Origin: Amoebophrya sp. A120
Lineage: Eukaryota > Protista > Dinoflagellata
Direction of reading: 5' to 3'
NCBI GenBank assembly: GCA_905178155.1
Contig: CAJINV010000021.1
Location: 669,530 to 733,529 of the forward strand
DNA: 64,000 nucleotides
Shown: one piece after another, positions 25,453 through 37,307 of the stretch
Numbering within the stretch: position 1 is the stretch's first letter
Layout of the letters: every line of letters starts with the position of its first letter
Notes under the pieces: generated by a model
Told to the model about the DNA's origin: nothing
The model's database searches: none
What the model saw: the letters and a program-made list of their open reading frames with translations, nothing else
Made by a program: the position numbers and the translations under genes

Positions 25453-28342
25453 CTAGAATTCCGCATGCACAGGCGCGCCGAGCACCTGGCGCGTGTACGC
25501 GTTTCGGATAGTGGCCAGTAGCCTGGAATCGTGGCAGTGCGATTTTGTCATCGCTGCTATCAAGCCGTTCAGGTCTTCCAGTGAGAGTTTTGCGTTCTTC
25601 TGCCACAGCTTCCTGCGCATCGCATCCTCGAAAGGGGAAGCCCAAGTTTGTTGTGCAGTTTTCTCGTCTTTTATATCCCCTGAGCTGGTGGATGCTGGTC
25701 TTGCCCCTGCGTTCTTTTGCGGTCCAACTAGCTTCAACTTCTTCAGCTCCTGCCACTGTTCCTTGGTGTACTGTCCGGTAACCAGGACCAACAGCTGATC
25801 CGGTGAGAGTCGGTCTGCGCACTTGGCAGCCTTCAACACGAAGCTCCAGCGCAAGTCGGCGTTCGGTAAACGCATGACCTTCTTCAAGTCCGCCGGAGAG
25901 AGGGAGGGCACGTCCGTGACCAGGTCAAGAAACTCCTTCTTTCCGGTAGCGAGCAGGAGAGAGATGGCCACGCTCGAGGTAAGAAGATCTAGAGGAAGAA
26001 TGAAAATGTAAGTAAAGTACTTTGACTTTTGCCGATACTAAATTTAGATCAATTGATGTATTTGTTCAAAACGACCTCACTACATATAAATGACGAACAA
26101 TTCCAAAAATACCCGTTTTCCTCGCTAAAATTCGTTTTGTGAGCAGTTCCCGCAGTTCCCCAACCTCGGGGAGATCCGTTTCCTCCAGATCGGTCATCAT
26201 TTCCAGCCATTTCGCGACCAAAAACAGGTCCATGGCGTTTCGCCCACTCTTCACGGCGTCGACCATGGGCAGGAACCACTCCCGCACGATTTCCGCCCGG
26301 GCCCAGTGCTCCAGCCCGCGCGTGTGCCACAGAAGCTTCCCGTACTCTTTCTGCGCTTTGACAAGACCACGGGCGCGGACGCAAAAGTCTCGCAGGATGG
26401 CCTGTTTGGAAGATAATTCGCACGATTCTTGACCTGTGGCGGTGGGTGCAGTTGTTTTATTCGCGGAAGTTCTTGACGGTGCAGCTCCATGGGGTGAAAA
26501 TTGTTTTTGAACGTTGCTGGCGTCGGGTAAGCCCTCTTCTGTTCTTGTTCTTGTACAACTATCAAAGCTTTGGTCCAGGAAGTAGCGCAATAACGCCCCG
26601 CACCGAACTTCCAGCTCACGAACGTCTTTCGCCTCCACGATCTGGAGGCGGAGCTGTGATCCCAGAAACAGCTTCAACGCTTGCAGATCCTCTGACGCCT
26701 GCTGCACCGCTTTTGCATCGGCGGCTCGCGACAAAGCTTTCTCCGAAATCCTGCCTTCTTGTTTCTCTTGGGCATTTTTGCCGTTTTCTAGTACTGTAGT
26801 TGCGGTCTTATCTGCTGCAGCCGATTCTCCTCGAGTGGCTCCTGATTGTGATTCTTCTAGCTCCACCGCGGCATCGGCAGGCTCTGTCTTCTTTCCACCA
26901 AGGTTATGCGGATCCTCAGAGAGCAAAGCGAACTTCGCACTGCCGTGGTCCTCGAAAACCACGGGTGTCAGCTTTTCCAGTAAAATTTGCCGCTCCTGGG
27001 TACTCGGAACTGACATTGGTTCCCGAACATGTTGTTGATCTGTCGCTCCTCCTTTACCTCCTTCCACCAAGCGACTACACAGTTCTCGGTAAAACCGCGC
27101 CCGGTGGTGCACAACGTCCAACGGAACGCCCCGGCTGTGCAGCTCATCCAGTAAAAAGCACAGGGTCGCCGTGTCGAACCTTTCTAAGTGTTCAACGACC
27201 TTATCTGCGAACCTGCGGACCGCGTGGAGCGGGCCCTTGAAGTCCACCGGGAGCTCCTTCAGGGTTTTGACAAACGTGGAGAGTTGCGAGGGAAGCTTCG
27301 CAGTTTTCCGAAAATCTGATGGGACCTTCGGGAGCTTGGCGTCTTGATGTTCGCCGGCAAAGGTCGGGTCCTGCTCCGAAGATGAGGATGTTGACGTGGA
27401 CGTTTTTCCTTTTCTGAATGTAGAAGCTGTACCTCCGCTTGTAGATTTTTTCAAAGAGTTTATTTGACCTTTCTCTGCACCACCACTAGAATGATGGTCA
27501 TCTGCCTCTCCCCCCGGCCGTTTCCACGCGTAGACCAGCCGAAATCGCTTTTGCAGAATTCGGTTAACCACGAGATCCAGGAGAGGTTCCAGCGTTCCCG
27601 CGTCGGTGATCTGCATCTGGCGCAACAGGTACGGATAGTTTGCAAGGTCCTCGGAATGGAGGCCAATATTTCCTGAATATCCACCTGAAGCGGATGACGA
27701 ACAAGGTTGCTGCGTTGCCGCAAACAAGGTACCGGGGTCGGTCTCGTCCATTTTATTTCGTAAAGATGAAGGAGGGCCTTGTGCGAGGACCTCTACCTCC
27801 TTCTTCGCGACGTGCTCTAACACACTACGCAAATTCTGCACGACGTATCGCCGCGCGCCGATGTCGAATTCTGCCTCGTTTTTGCGGAGATCCTTGAAGC
27901 GCTCTGTGGCTTTCCCGCTTTTCAGGTAGTGCAGGAGACCCTTGCAGTACCGGTGTGCATCGGCATCTGTGCCAGGCGCGGCCACTGAGATGGTGTCCAC
28001 CTCCGGACTGTTGTCAACATGCTCTTCATCTTGCACTTGTTCCACGTCATCCACAGCGGAAGTTTCGTCCTCACGACCCTCTTCTGCGCAGAGCGGTGCT
28101 GTCGATGCCGCTGAAGATTCGTAGTATCTCACTGCCCCAAGCACACACATCGGGTGACCAAGCTCCGGGATTTGCGATGAGCGTACCTTTCGGGGAAAGC
28201 ACGCCAGACCACTTGAATCGTGATGCACAAGTGCAACAGATGACAGCGAACTATCGCTGCGAGAAACCAATCGCAATCCTTCCGTTCTGCTACGCACAGA
28301 GCGCATCCCGGCACATGGGGGCACAACTTTTCGCCGCACCAT
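25453..28342 (-). CDS. Hypothetical helical-repeat protein, possibly HPR/FASTK-like organellar RNA-binding protein
   Basis: ORFs 26066-28360 and 25453-25971 are separated by an AT-rich intron-like gap. Basic N-terminus. Segments such as LERFDTATLCFLLDEL and LSLEDLNGLIAAMTKSHCHDSRLL resemble HPR/OPR repeats. Family assignment is tentative. Confidence 0.5.
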
Positions 28343-28975
28343 GGGTGCACTGATTTGCACTAGTAGTGATTTTTTATTTCAATGAAGGGCGCAGGTTCTC
28401 CTCCGTGGCACATGTCTTCTTGTGAAAGCGGCGAATAGACTCTACTTCACTACTATGTGCTGTGGCCGGTGCTCCCTTCGGTGACCAAGACCATCCTGAA
28501 ACTTGCCCAGGAAAAGATAGCGAGGACTTGATCTTTTTCATCTTCTGTTGAGCTAGGACTGCCTTGAACCTGGATCCTTTCCAAAAGCTTCACTTCGCTT
28601 CATTTTCCTAGTATGCGTATGGATACTAGCTAAACAAGGATCCACCTTGCCAAGAGACATCATCGTGAATCCAGAGATGAACAACTTCGATCTAATCCCA
28701 AACAACAGAAACACTGATGGCCACACAACTCAAAATCAGTAGACAAGAAAAGCAAAAGTTTGCCAAACTATGAAAAAAGTAGAAGTGAACTGGGGGAGCA
28801 CAAGATGCAGCCGCGTGACGCGGTCCGAACACGAAAAAGAATGTTGTACCCGAGGATTGACAGCTTATTTCTTGCGTTTGTTGTCGTTTATTAACACCTC
28901 CAATGAGTCTACTGACGAGAATTCATCATCAATCTCGACGTCCCCTCGTTTGATTTCATGGTGATGTCGATCCAG

Positions 28976-31900
28976 TAGTACACGAAATAAAGCAAAACCG
29001 AAACGTTGTAGAGATCCTAGCGAAAGAGAGCCATTCATTGGAGAGGAATCGCCCGATGGGTATTGCAGGCGAAATTTCCGACATTTTTCGGATGCAAAAT
29101 CCATTTTTGCCAAGCCGCGGCCAGTCGTGAGTTGATATGGGGGCCCCTGAGCATGGCCTCTCCTTTATGGCTGTCAGCTGCACGGCACGGGGCACGACAC
29201 ACACTCACCCCCATGAGGGCGGCAAGGAGATGACGCTGCGGGCTAATCGCACGGATGATTTTCCCGAGCGACACGCCACACCGCAAGGTACACCACCCGG
29301 AACTCCTCCGCACCCCCCAAAACCATACTTACCGCAGCAGCACGGGCTTCGTGCACTGCCGCAAGGCCCATTGCCGAAACCGCTAGGCGGCCTATCTCAA
29401 GGAAAGGCCGGGGCGCCTCCTGGCGCGCCTACTTTTTCGAAGCGACCCAAGACTGGGGAACGGCCATCAGCGGCGAGACCGCGTCGCGGCCCGTGGTGTG
29501 GTTTCGCCCCGCTGCGTTTTTGCGGGCCCCACACTAGCAGGCAATTGCCGCATGGCCTCCCACCCTCCTTCGCGCCCTGCCTGTTTTCGTTTGGCCCCTG
29601 CCACCTCCCTTTACGCCGCGGCCCCCCCGTGTGGCCGCTGCCCGGCTGCGCGTGCCCCTGCTCCGTGTCCTTCGAGGCTGCTTGCCAGGATGCCCCAACG
29701 GAGCGTCGGGGCCGCGGCATGGTAAAGGAAGCGCCGGGCCACCCGCTGCGCGCCGGCTTTGTTCGGCCGATTTGCGCAATACAAGCGGGGGGATTTTTGC
29801 AAAAAGCCAGGCCGGTGCTGGGGAACTTCAGAAACATGCACACGCGCCCGGCAGAAAAACAACGCGGCCGGCTGCCAACGCGTCTCCAGGTAAGCCCGCC
29901 CCGCGGCCCGGTCTTTTTTCCGGCCGCGGCCTGCCGGGGGTTTGGGCCTTTTGCGTGGTTTCCTCGCGTGCCGCCGGGCAGAGGGCAAATCCCAAAAAGG
30001 CGCTGTGGCCGGGCCCGGGCACAAGGGCGCGATAGTGGCTCGGAAGGCGGCGGCGCCATCCGGCGGGCTAAGGTCTGCGACGGGGGGCCCCGGGTGTTCC
30101 GCGGACGCGCGCGCCAGGTAGCTTGCACGAACCCTCTCCCACTGCAGGGGCCTTCCCCGAAGCCAAGGGGCCGCCCATCCACATCCTCTGGGCGGCCGGC
30201 CGGGCAACGGAAGAGCCCCCAAGCGGACATCGCTGACGCCGGCCTTGCCGGCGGAGCCTTTGCGGCCTTTTTCACGTTGCCCCCGAGTTCTTCCCCGGGC
30301 CCGCCCTGCATTCCCCGGGCGGGGGCTTGGGGCCCGTCGCCCTGCTGCCTGCGTCGGAGAGGCACCACCGGGGCCCCGGAAGCCCTCGCGAAGCGCCAAT
30401 CCGGTCCGCGGCCCGGCTGCCGGAACACTGCGAAAATTTAGCTCGGAACGCTTCTGATATTTACAAAATATTTAGCTCGAAACGCGGCCGGATTCGGCTC
30501 CTTAATGATTTCAATGGGAAAACACTGTGGTCGCGTTTCGAGCTAAATATTTTGTAAATATCAGGGGCAGACGAACCTAAATATTTCGCAAATTTCGCCC
30601 GGTAAGAAATTTACCTCCAACTACCCCCCCGGACGGGGTCGCCCGGGGGGCGCGGCAGGCCCGGGGGCATGCGAACAAGCGGTCGCCGCCCGTGAGCAGT
30701 CCTGCCCGAAGAGGACCGCCCCTGGGCGCAGGCCGCTGGCCCTCAGCCCACGGGCGGCTTGGCAACAACGGCGCCAAGCCGCGATAGCTGGGGAAAATGC
30801 AAAGGGTTGCGTCGCTTCCTTTCTTGTCCCCGGGGCTGCGCCCCATTCGCGGGGCGCGGGGGCGGTCTTTTTTTGCCCATAAAGCTGCCCCCGCTGCCGC
30901 GCGACACCTTTCCCGGGCCCCAAGCCCCAGCCTAAGCACCTGCGCGGGCGGGGCCGAGCTAGTCGCGCATCCTGCTGGCCCCCCCGCCGGCGGCCTTTTC
31001 TTTTTGCCCGGCAGCCGATGGCGCCTCCTGAGAGCAGGAAGGCGCGCCGGGGCGGTTGTGGCGCGCCAGCATTTTGCGCGGCCGGGCCGCGGCAGGCGCC
31101 GGGCAAAGCTTTAAGAATAGGGGGGGGCAGGCTTCGGGGGGCTTTCACGGGGGCAAAAGCAGCCGCCGCGGGAGGCTGGGGCTTGGCGGTTTTCATTGCG
31201 TTTCCCTGCTCGCCACCTTCTTTGGCCGGCGCGCTTGTATCCAGGGGCCGGCCGGGCATTTTTCTTAGGCAACTGCTTACCCCCCCTTCCGCGCGGGGGG
31301 CCCGGAAAAAGAACGCCCCTGCCGGGCCCGGGCGCAGGGGCATGGCGGTGACCCGCAAAGACTTCCGGCCGCCCAAGCCTGCTCTTCTTTTAAGGACCCC
31401 GGGTGGTGTGCTGCTCCTCAAGCACCGCTGCCAATGCGAGACCCCAGCCTTTGCTTGGGAGAGGCCCGATGCCGGCCAACCACCAAAGCCATCGCGAAGC
31501 CAGGGGGGAGGCCGCGCAAGCAGGCGAACCCATCAGCTGTGCCGCCGGCCCATAGCAAAAAAGTTTTCGCAGAGCGCTTCACCGCGCCGCGGCGTCTTGT
31601 TGGCCGGGACTGTCGGGCGCCGGTGTGGCTGGTGCGCCAGGCCGAATTCAATGCGGCCCCACTGTCACAGGACGGGGGCCACGAAGACGCCTGGAAGCGC
31701 TGCGCGCTGCGTGCGATCTTGCGCGTCAAGCCACGCAGGTCCTGACCCGCCCGACCCGGTCTAGCGCAACAGGCCAACCCGGAAAAACATTAAGCAATGC
31801 GATGGGGGCCAATGTCCGTCAACAGCTAATGGCCTAAAAGCTCAGGCGACGCAGGCTCCTAAACGCCACAACTCCGATTGCCAGCGCGAAGGCAATCAGG

Positions 31901-32060
31901 GCTCTTCAGCCCAGCGATTTTTTTTTTTCGCCAAAAAAAATTGCAGTCTGTCGGAAATAAACCTCAAATAGCCCATCGGTGAATACCTCGCCAACATTCA
32001 AAATAAATCGCAATAAAAAGTACTTTTTTACAATGAAAATAAAATGCAAACGCCCCGTAC
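28976..32060. mobile_element. ~3.1-kb GC-rich transposon-like element with degenerate TIRs and a central hairpin
   Basis: Flanking direct repeat tccagtag (28971-28978) / tccagcag (32061-32068). Degenerate inverted repeat ccgatgggtattgcaggcgaaatttccgaca (~29053-29083) vs tgtcggaaataaacctcaaatagcccatcgg (~31949-31979). Sharply higher GC interior and no recognisable transposase. Confidence 0.6.
30454..30564. repeat. AT-rich 36-bp inverted repeat (1 mismatch) with a 39-nt spacer
   Basis: ctgatatttacaaaatatttagctcgaaacgcggcc (30454-30489) pairs with 30529-30564. Additional outer partial copies at ~30429-30451 and ~30571-30590. Confidence 0.95.
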
Positions 32061-32240
32061 TCCAGCAGGCATGAAGACCCTCTTCTATTCGCATGCAGTA
32101 TTCCGCAGCATAGTCAGTTGATTCAAAAACTCAGGCCCTATCATTTTGCCAGCAGAAACATCAGAAAGCTTGGCCTCGGGAATTCTGGTGTACTGTAAAC
32201 GTGAGCACCACACTGGTACTGGTTCTTCCCTACTTAGTTG

Positions 32241-35200
32241 TCATGTTGCTCCGTCCTCATCCACGTGATCTTCGTCAAAGAAGTTGATGACGTTACTCAC
32301 CACCAAAATACTCCCGGTCAATGTGGCCCACCTTGGCAGCAGGCCCTTGAGAAACCCCCGGGGGCTATAACAGTGCACAACTCCCCCTCCCCCTCATTTG
32401 TATAGCATGAACGGCAATACATGCATCAGCAAGAATGCCGGTTTTGCATGACAAATTTGCACTGGAGTACTTATAAGGCACTTGTCATGCAAACAGTGCG
32501 AAGAGGCAAAAGGTGAATTGGGTACTTTGCATTACCAATGAGGGGGAGGGGGTGGAGGACTTGTGCATTCTCATAGGGACCCTCCAGCCGCCAGATACGC
32601 GCCGCGGTTTCGACGAGCGGGGTGCTGTAGGCCTGTTATCCAGGAAGAAACAGAAACACCCATCCCCATCCAATTTGTAATGCAAAATATGCATCAGCTG
32701 CAGTGTTTGTCATGCAAAAAATGGATGGGGATTCATTGGTGTTTTTTCCTGGATACCTGTTGCTGCGACGCCACAACCATGGGGCCCGTGGAAAACAGGG
32801 TGAACACGGCGGACGAACTGAGCACGACAAAAGCCTCCTTCTTGAAGTTGTAGTACGCCAGCTGCTTGTATTCCTCGGGGCTCAATTCGGACGACTTCAC
32901 GCTCGTCTTCTCTCGCTGAAAGTCTTCCTCCGCCGCCCGGACCAGCTGCATCGACCGTTCCCGGAGGAGCATGTAGGTCTTCGAGTTACCACCATCGTCT
33001 TTGATGTACTTGTTGCGCGCTTCGGAAAACACCCCGGCGTAGCGATCCTCGGTTTCCATCTCGTTGATAGATATCACGCTCTTCATCTTTTTCGGCAGCT
33101 TTGCAGTTGAGGAAAAGAAACCACTAGAATTATCGGACTCATTTTTATCCCCAGCTACAACAACATTTTCCGGCGCTTCCCACTTGGCCGCGGGAATCTG
33201 GCCGACGGAGCCCAAACTCCCCAACGGACCGCGAGAAACAGTCGGAAACGCGGCGGCATCCACGGCGTGGGCGTCCTCCGTGTTCGGTGTCGGGCAAGCG
33301 CTGCCGTTGCCCCCACGAAGACCAGTCTCTAGCTCCTCACTGGAGCGGCTTAATGCCCGAAGAAGAAAGTTTTGCGACTGCTGCTCTGCGGCTGGTCGTT
33401 TTGACGCGTCGTTGTGCTGTATTGTACTTGAGCTACTTGAAGACGTGGATGATGTTGAGGTAGTTTTCCTTGACTCTGCGCCACCAGCACTAGAAGACGC
33501 TCCACCCTCTCCCGCCGCTACAACCTTCCCCGTAAACCACTCCTTTGCCATTTGCATGGTCGGCACGTACCTTTCCGGCTTCGGGAACCGCTCGAAAAAA
33601 ATCGACTCCATCTTGGCGATCAAATAGAAGAGACTCACCGTGTACGTGGCCTCGCGCATCATGATCATGGAGGTGCCGTACGGCGGAATTTTGTCCAAGA
33701 ACGTCGACCGCAGCGCCCGCTGGTACACGGGCTTTACCTCGCGTCGCAGCCGGCTGTCGCGGACCTCCTTGGCCTCCGCCATCTTCTGCTCGAACTCGGT
33801 TTTTTTCGCTTTGGCCACATCGTGGTTCACCATGGCAGACGACATCTCGTCCAGGACTGTGCGGGACAGAAACGCCGGCGAAACTTCAGACAGCACGGCG
33901 GACGAGACGCTGTGTTTTCGCTGCACGTGGTTCTTCAGCAGTTGCGAGGAAAATGGCGCGGTGGCGTTGTTTATAGCCGGAAGGGGGTTCATCGTTTTGC
34001 CTGCATTAGCTGCATTACTGTTGCCCATTTTATTTTGCAGATTCCTTGCCCTGTGGCGGATTTTCAGTTTTCTGTACTCGGCCGCGTCGTCCGATCCCAG
34101 CATGGACCGGAGCGCATCGGCTTCCGATCGAAGCGCGGTGTGGGCGTTTTTCCTGGGGAGGTCGGCAGGTTTTGATGCTTGAGGAATTGAGTTATTGTTT
34201 GCGGTCTTTGATGTCATTTCAGGATTTTTGGGGTCGTTATGTTTCGCAGAGCCGGAGAACGAACGGGTCTGCTGGGTTTTGCTATTTGTTGTACTAGAGG
34301 TCGTGCTAGTACTACTGGAGGAGCTTGTTGAGGCGCTGGGAGAAGCCTGTAGTGGTGTTGCGCTAGGAGGGGGTTGCTGGGGAGATGTTGCTGCTGCCGG
34401 AGCTCCTGTACGAGAACCTGAGCCGGAAGTAGTACTTGTGGAAGAGGACGCGGACGTGCCAGTGCCTGCTGTGCCACCACTACCCGCAGACGTGGTAGAT
34501 TTTTTGTTGTCAACAACAGCGTTCTGTTGCCCACTTGATGTAGTTCCGCTACTTGTCGTAGTACTAGAACTTGAATTACTATTTCCGCCCTGCTTTATCA
34601 TTCCTTCATGTTCCTGCACCCTATCCAGCCCGACGAGGTTTTTATCCCGCTCCGAAGGCGTCACGCCCATGACGTCCACTACGCGACGAAAGTTCTCCTT
34701 CTTGACATTGACCTTTTCACTCTCCATGTGCAACTTGGTGATGAAGGTTTCCGCCCACGTGCCGACCATCAAGCCGCCCATATCAAATGCAAAAGTGTTT
34801 GGGTCTGGAAACTTGTGATGCTGGTTGGGAAAGACAAGAAAACCTCAGTTGACTGCCAAGCATGACAAGTTTTGGAGTTGCTACAGTCTTGTCTATTCTG
34901 CATGACAAAGTGAGCTTCTGCATGAGAGAAAAGTGGGAGACTTGGGTCACGCCCATGACAAACTTAAGAGTTATGCTAGCCAAGCATGACAAACCTTGCA
35001 TCTTTCCAGACCCAGACACTTTTGCAATTGATAGCCCATCATTCCGGACAAAAGGGCTGACGCGGTCGGATTCGAGACCGTTTCCAACAAGTCACTGGTT
35101 GTCATCGTAGGGAATGTGGCGTTCCATCCAGTTGGCAGGAACCGGCTCTGGAAATTATAACCTGTTTCCGATGAAAGACCTTCTGTGGGTGTAGCTCCTG

Positions 35201-36083
35201 CGGCTCCAGCAGTAACACCACCTCGCAAAGATTGCCTTCCTCCTGCACTTAAGTAAGTGTCTGCGTCCGGATCCTCAGAGTCCGCCTTCTTCGCGTTTCT
35301 GGTCTGTCGCCGCAAATCCCGGATACGCTTCTCCAGCTCCTCCTCTGACTCCTGCTCCTTCAGCCGCGCAAAAGCCGCGCGCGGAATGTGGTAGCTGTAG
35401 CGCGGGCCGACGGGCGCAATTTTCCGCGCAATCGCGACCGACTCTTCAAACTCTTCCTCGGACAGGTCACCGCCCGGGAAAGCGAGCTCCGAATTCTTCT
35501 TGTGCATTTTTAGGTTAGTACCAGCTGTACTAGCGCCGCCCGATTCAACATCCTCTTCGTCCGCCGCTTGCGACGACAAAGAGCGCTTGAAAACAGAACC
35601 GATTGTCGTCCCGGTTGCAGATGATGGCTCTCGCGACGTGGAGGTTACAGTAGTGGGCCGCTGGCTATCGCCTTCGTTCTTTTTCTCTGAAGATATCGAG
35701 CTGGAGCTAGTACCCCTTTGCGCACGCATTCTGGCGAGGCTGTTGTGCACGAAATCTTCCACGTACAAGGTTCCGACGCCCGCGCAGAAAAAACTCAGCC
35801 CCCCGCGGTAGAGCTCGGCCACGCCGCGCGGCACGCCCAGACCGGCCGACATCCGCTTGGACAGGATCCAGGTAGGGTAGTTTATCATGATGTCCAACCC
35901 GTTGGCCAGCATCACCACCCCCAGCTGCCGAATGTACTTGTTTTCGCGAAAAAACTGCTGCACCGCCTGAGACGATGTGTCGCTGTTCGCGGGCGCCGCC
36001 TCGACGAAGACGGGGTTTCTGGTGGAGGAGCTGGACATAGTGGCAGTTACGCCGCCCTCGGGGGCCGACGGTGCTGGTTGCAT
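32241..36083 (-). CDS. Mitochondrial carrier family (SLC25) protein with very large low-complexity insertions
   Basis: After removing three introners: NYPTWILSKRM...LYRG (repeat 1), TWAETFITKLH...PPYGTSMIMMRE (repeat 2), STGPMVVASQQQ|AYSTPLVETAARIWRLEG|PRGFLKGLLPRWA (repeat 3, classic EGxxGFxKGxxPR). Stop at 32241-32243. Confidence 0.8.
32366..32575. mobile_element. Introner/MITE, family D (TIR tgcacaa..ccccctccccctcatt)
   Basis: TSD ggggc/gggac at 32361-32365 and 32576-32580. Removing 215 nt gives LEGPRGFLKG. The apparent GT-AG reading (216 nt) would frameshift the carrier signature. Confidence 0.88.
32637..32755. mobile_element. Introner/MITE, family C (TIR tatccaggaaaaaacacccatccccatcca)
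   Basis: TSD cctgt at 32632-32636 and 32756-32760. Forms a 124-nt intron readable as canonical GT-AG (32633-32756). Confidence 0.92.
34781..35033. mobile_element. Introner/MITE, family B
   Basis: TSD gccca at 34776-34780 and 35034-35038. Termini tatcaaatgcaaaagtgtttgggtctggaa / ttccagacccagacacttttgcaattgata. Removing 258 nt gives SGMMG|GLMVG. Non-canonical. Confidence 0.92.
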
Positions 36084-37307
36084 GGCGTCGACGTGTTGGT
36101 TCCTCTAGGTGGTGGTCAGTGTGGATAATACAGCACGCCTTTATGTCGTTGTCGCTTCACGATCACGCTCCGAGACAGACTTGTAGCGCCGGCTCCGGGA
36201 CGAGGTTTAGCAAAAACTACTTAACTTGCTCTGTGATGACGTTGTAGGTGCCAGCCTCAGCTCTAGAAAGCCGTCTGTTTGCAGATCGTAGTATGGTCAG
36301 CGAAGCAGAAGCACGAGAGCCGCAGAAGTCTTCCACGATCAACTTCTGCAGCGCGCGGACAACGAGTGCCTGACGCTTCAGAACGCATGATGTCCGCCCT
36401 TTGCTTTCAAGTGCATTTTTCAACTTTAGAATAGAATACATTGGAGGACATCGTAGATAAGTTATGATCACGAGAGAGTAAAAAAACCTTCAGTGTCGTG
36501 CTGTGTGCAGATTTTCTAAGGACCTGAGCAGAATGTTGCAGTCAAGAGAAAGCCGCTAAATTTGTGTCGTCCTGGCAAGTCATGGTCATCGTCAGACGGC
36601 GCTCTCTTGAACTCTCCCGTCCCTCTTCCACCTCATCTTCTCTCTCAAATACCAAAGACAAACTCACTCCCGAGCACACTCACCGAGAGACAGGACTTGG
36701 TCCTCTTCTTGATGTAATTGTAACGCTTACTCCAATTATGCCAATTGTATACGCGCAATTTGCGCGTCGCAGTAAATGCAGAAGATGTAACCGAGCGACG
36801 CAAATCCTCAACGACCGACAGTTCATCGTGATCACAGGCGGCAAAACATCTTTATCAAATTTAGTTTTTATCAATTCTACACAGACTCCGAGGACGCCCA
36901 CGACGTCGACAAGAGTGCATGAAAGAGCCGAGAACCGAAATAGATGTCGCGCAGTGTTCCAGAAAAAGTCCAAGGTTTGTGCACTTCAACACATTTGTAC
37001 AGAGATCCGCTCAGCTGCAAGATGGAGCTTCCTCTTTGAAAGATTTCTTTGATAAATTCAGCTTCAACTTTAGTTCGCTTTTCGTTCATCATTCTGAAAC
37101 ACAATTTTCATACGGACATCTTTTGGCTTCGCGGAGGTCACGATCTTACCACGGTTTGATAGCAAAAAACCCTCGGCGTCTTCTTCATCATACAGTTCTT
37201 GTTTTCAAACTGAAACAGGAACCTTTTGATTCATTTTCTTATGCTGCCTGTCGAATGGAGGACGCAACACTTAAATTGCCCCCTTCCTCAGGGTACAACT
37301 ACTCATT

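Noticed and set aside
29137-31764. Long ORFs (434, 343, 266, 262 and 248 aa) in the GC-rich element as a transposase or other genes
   Set aside because: They are open in several frames on both strands because of high GC, are P/R/G/A-biased, and show no DDE, HUH, YR or RT motifs.
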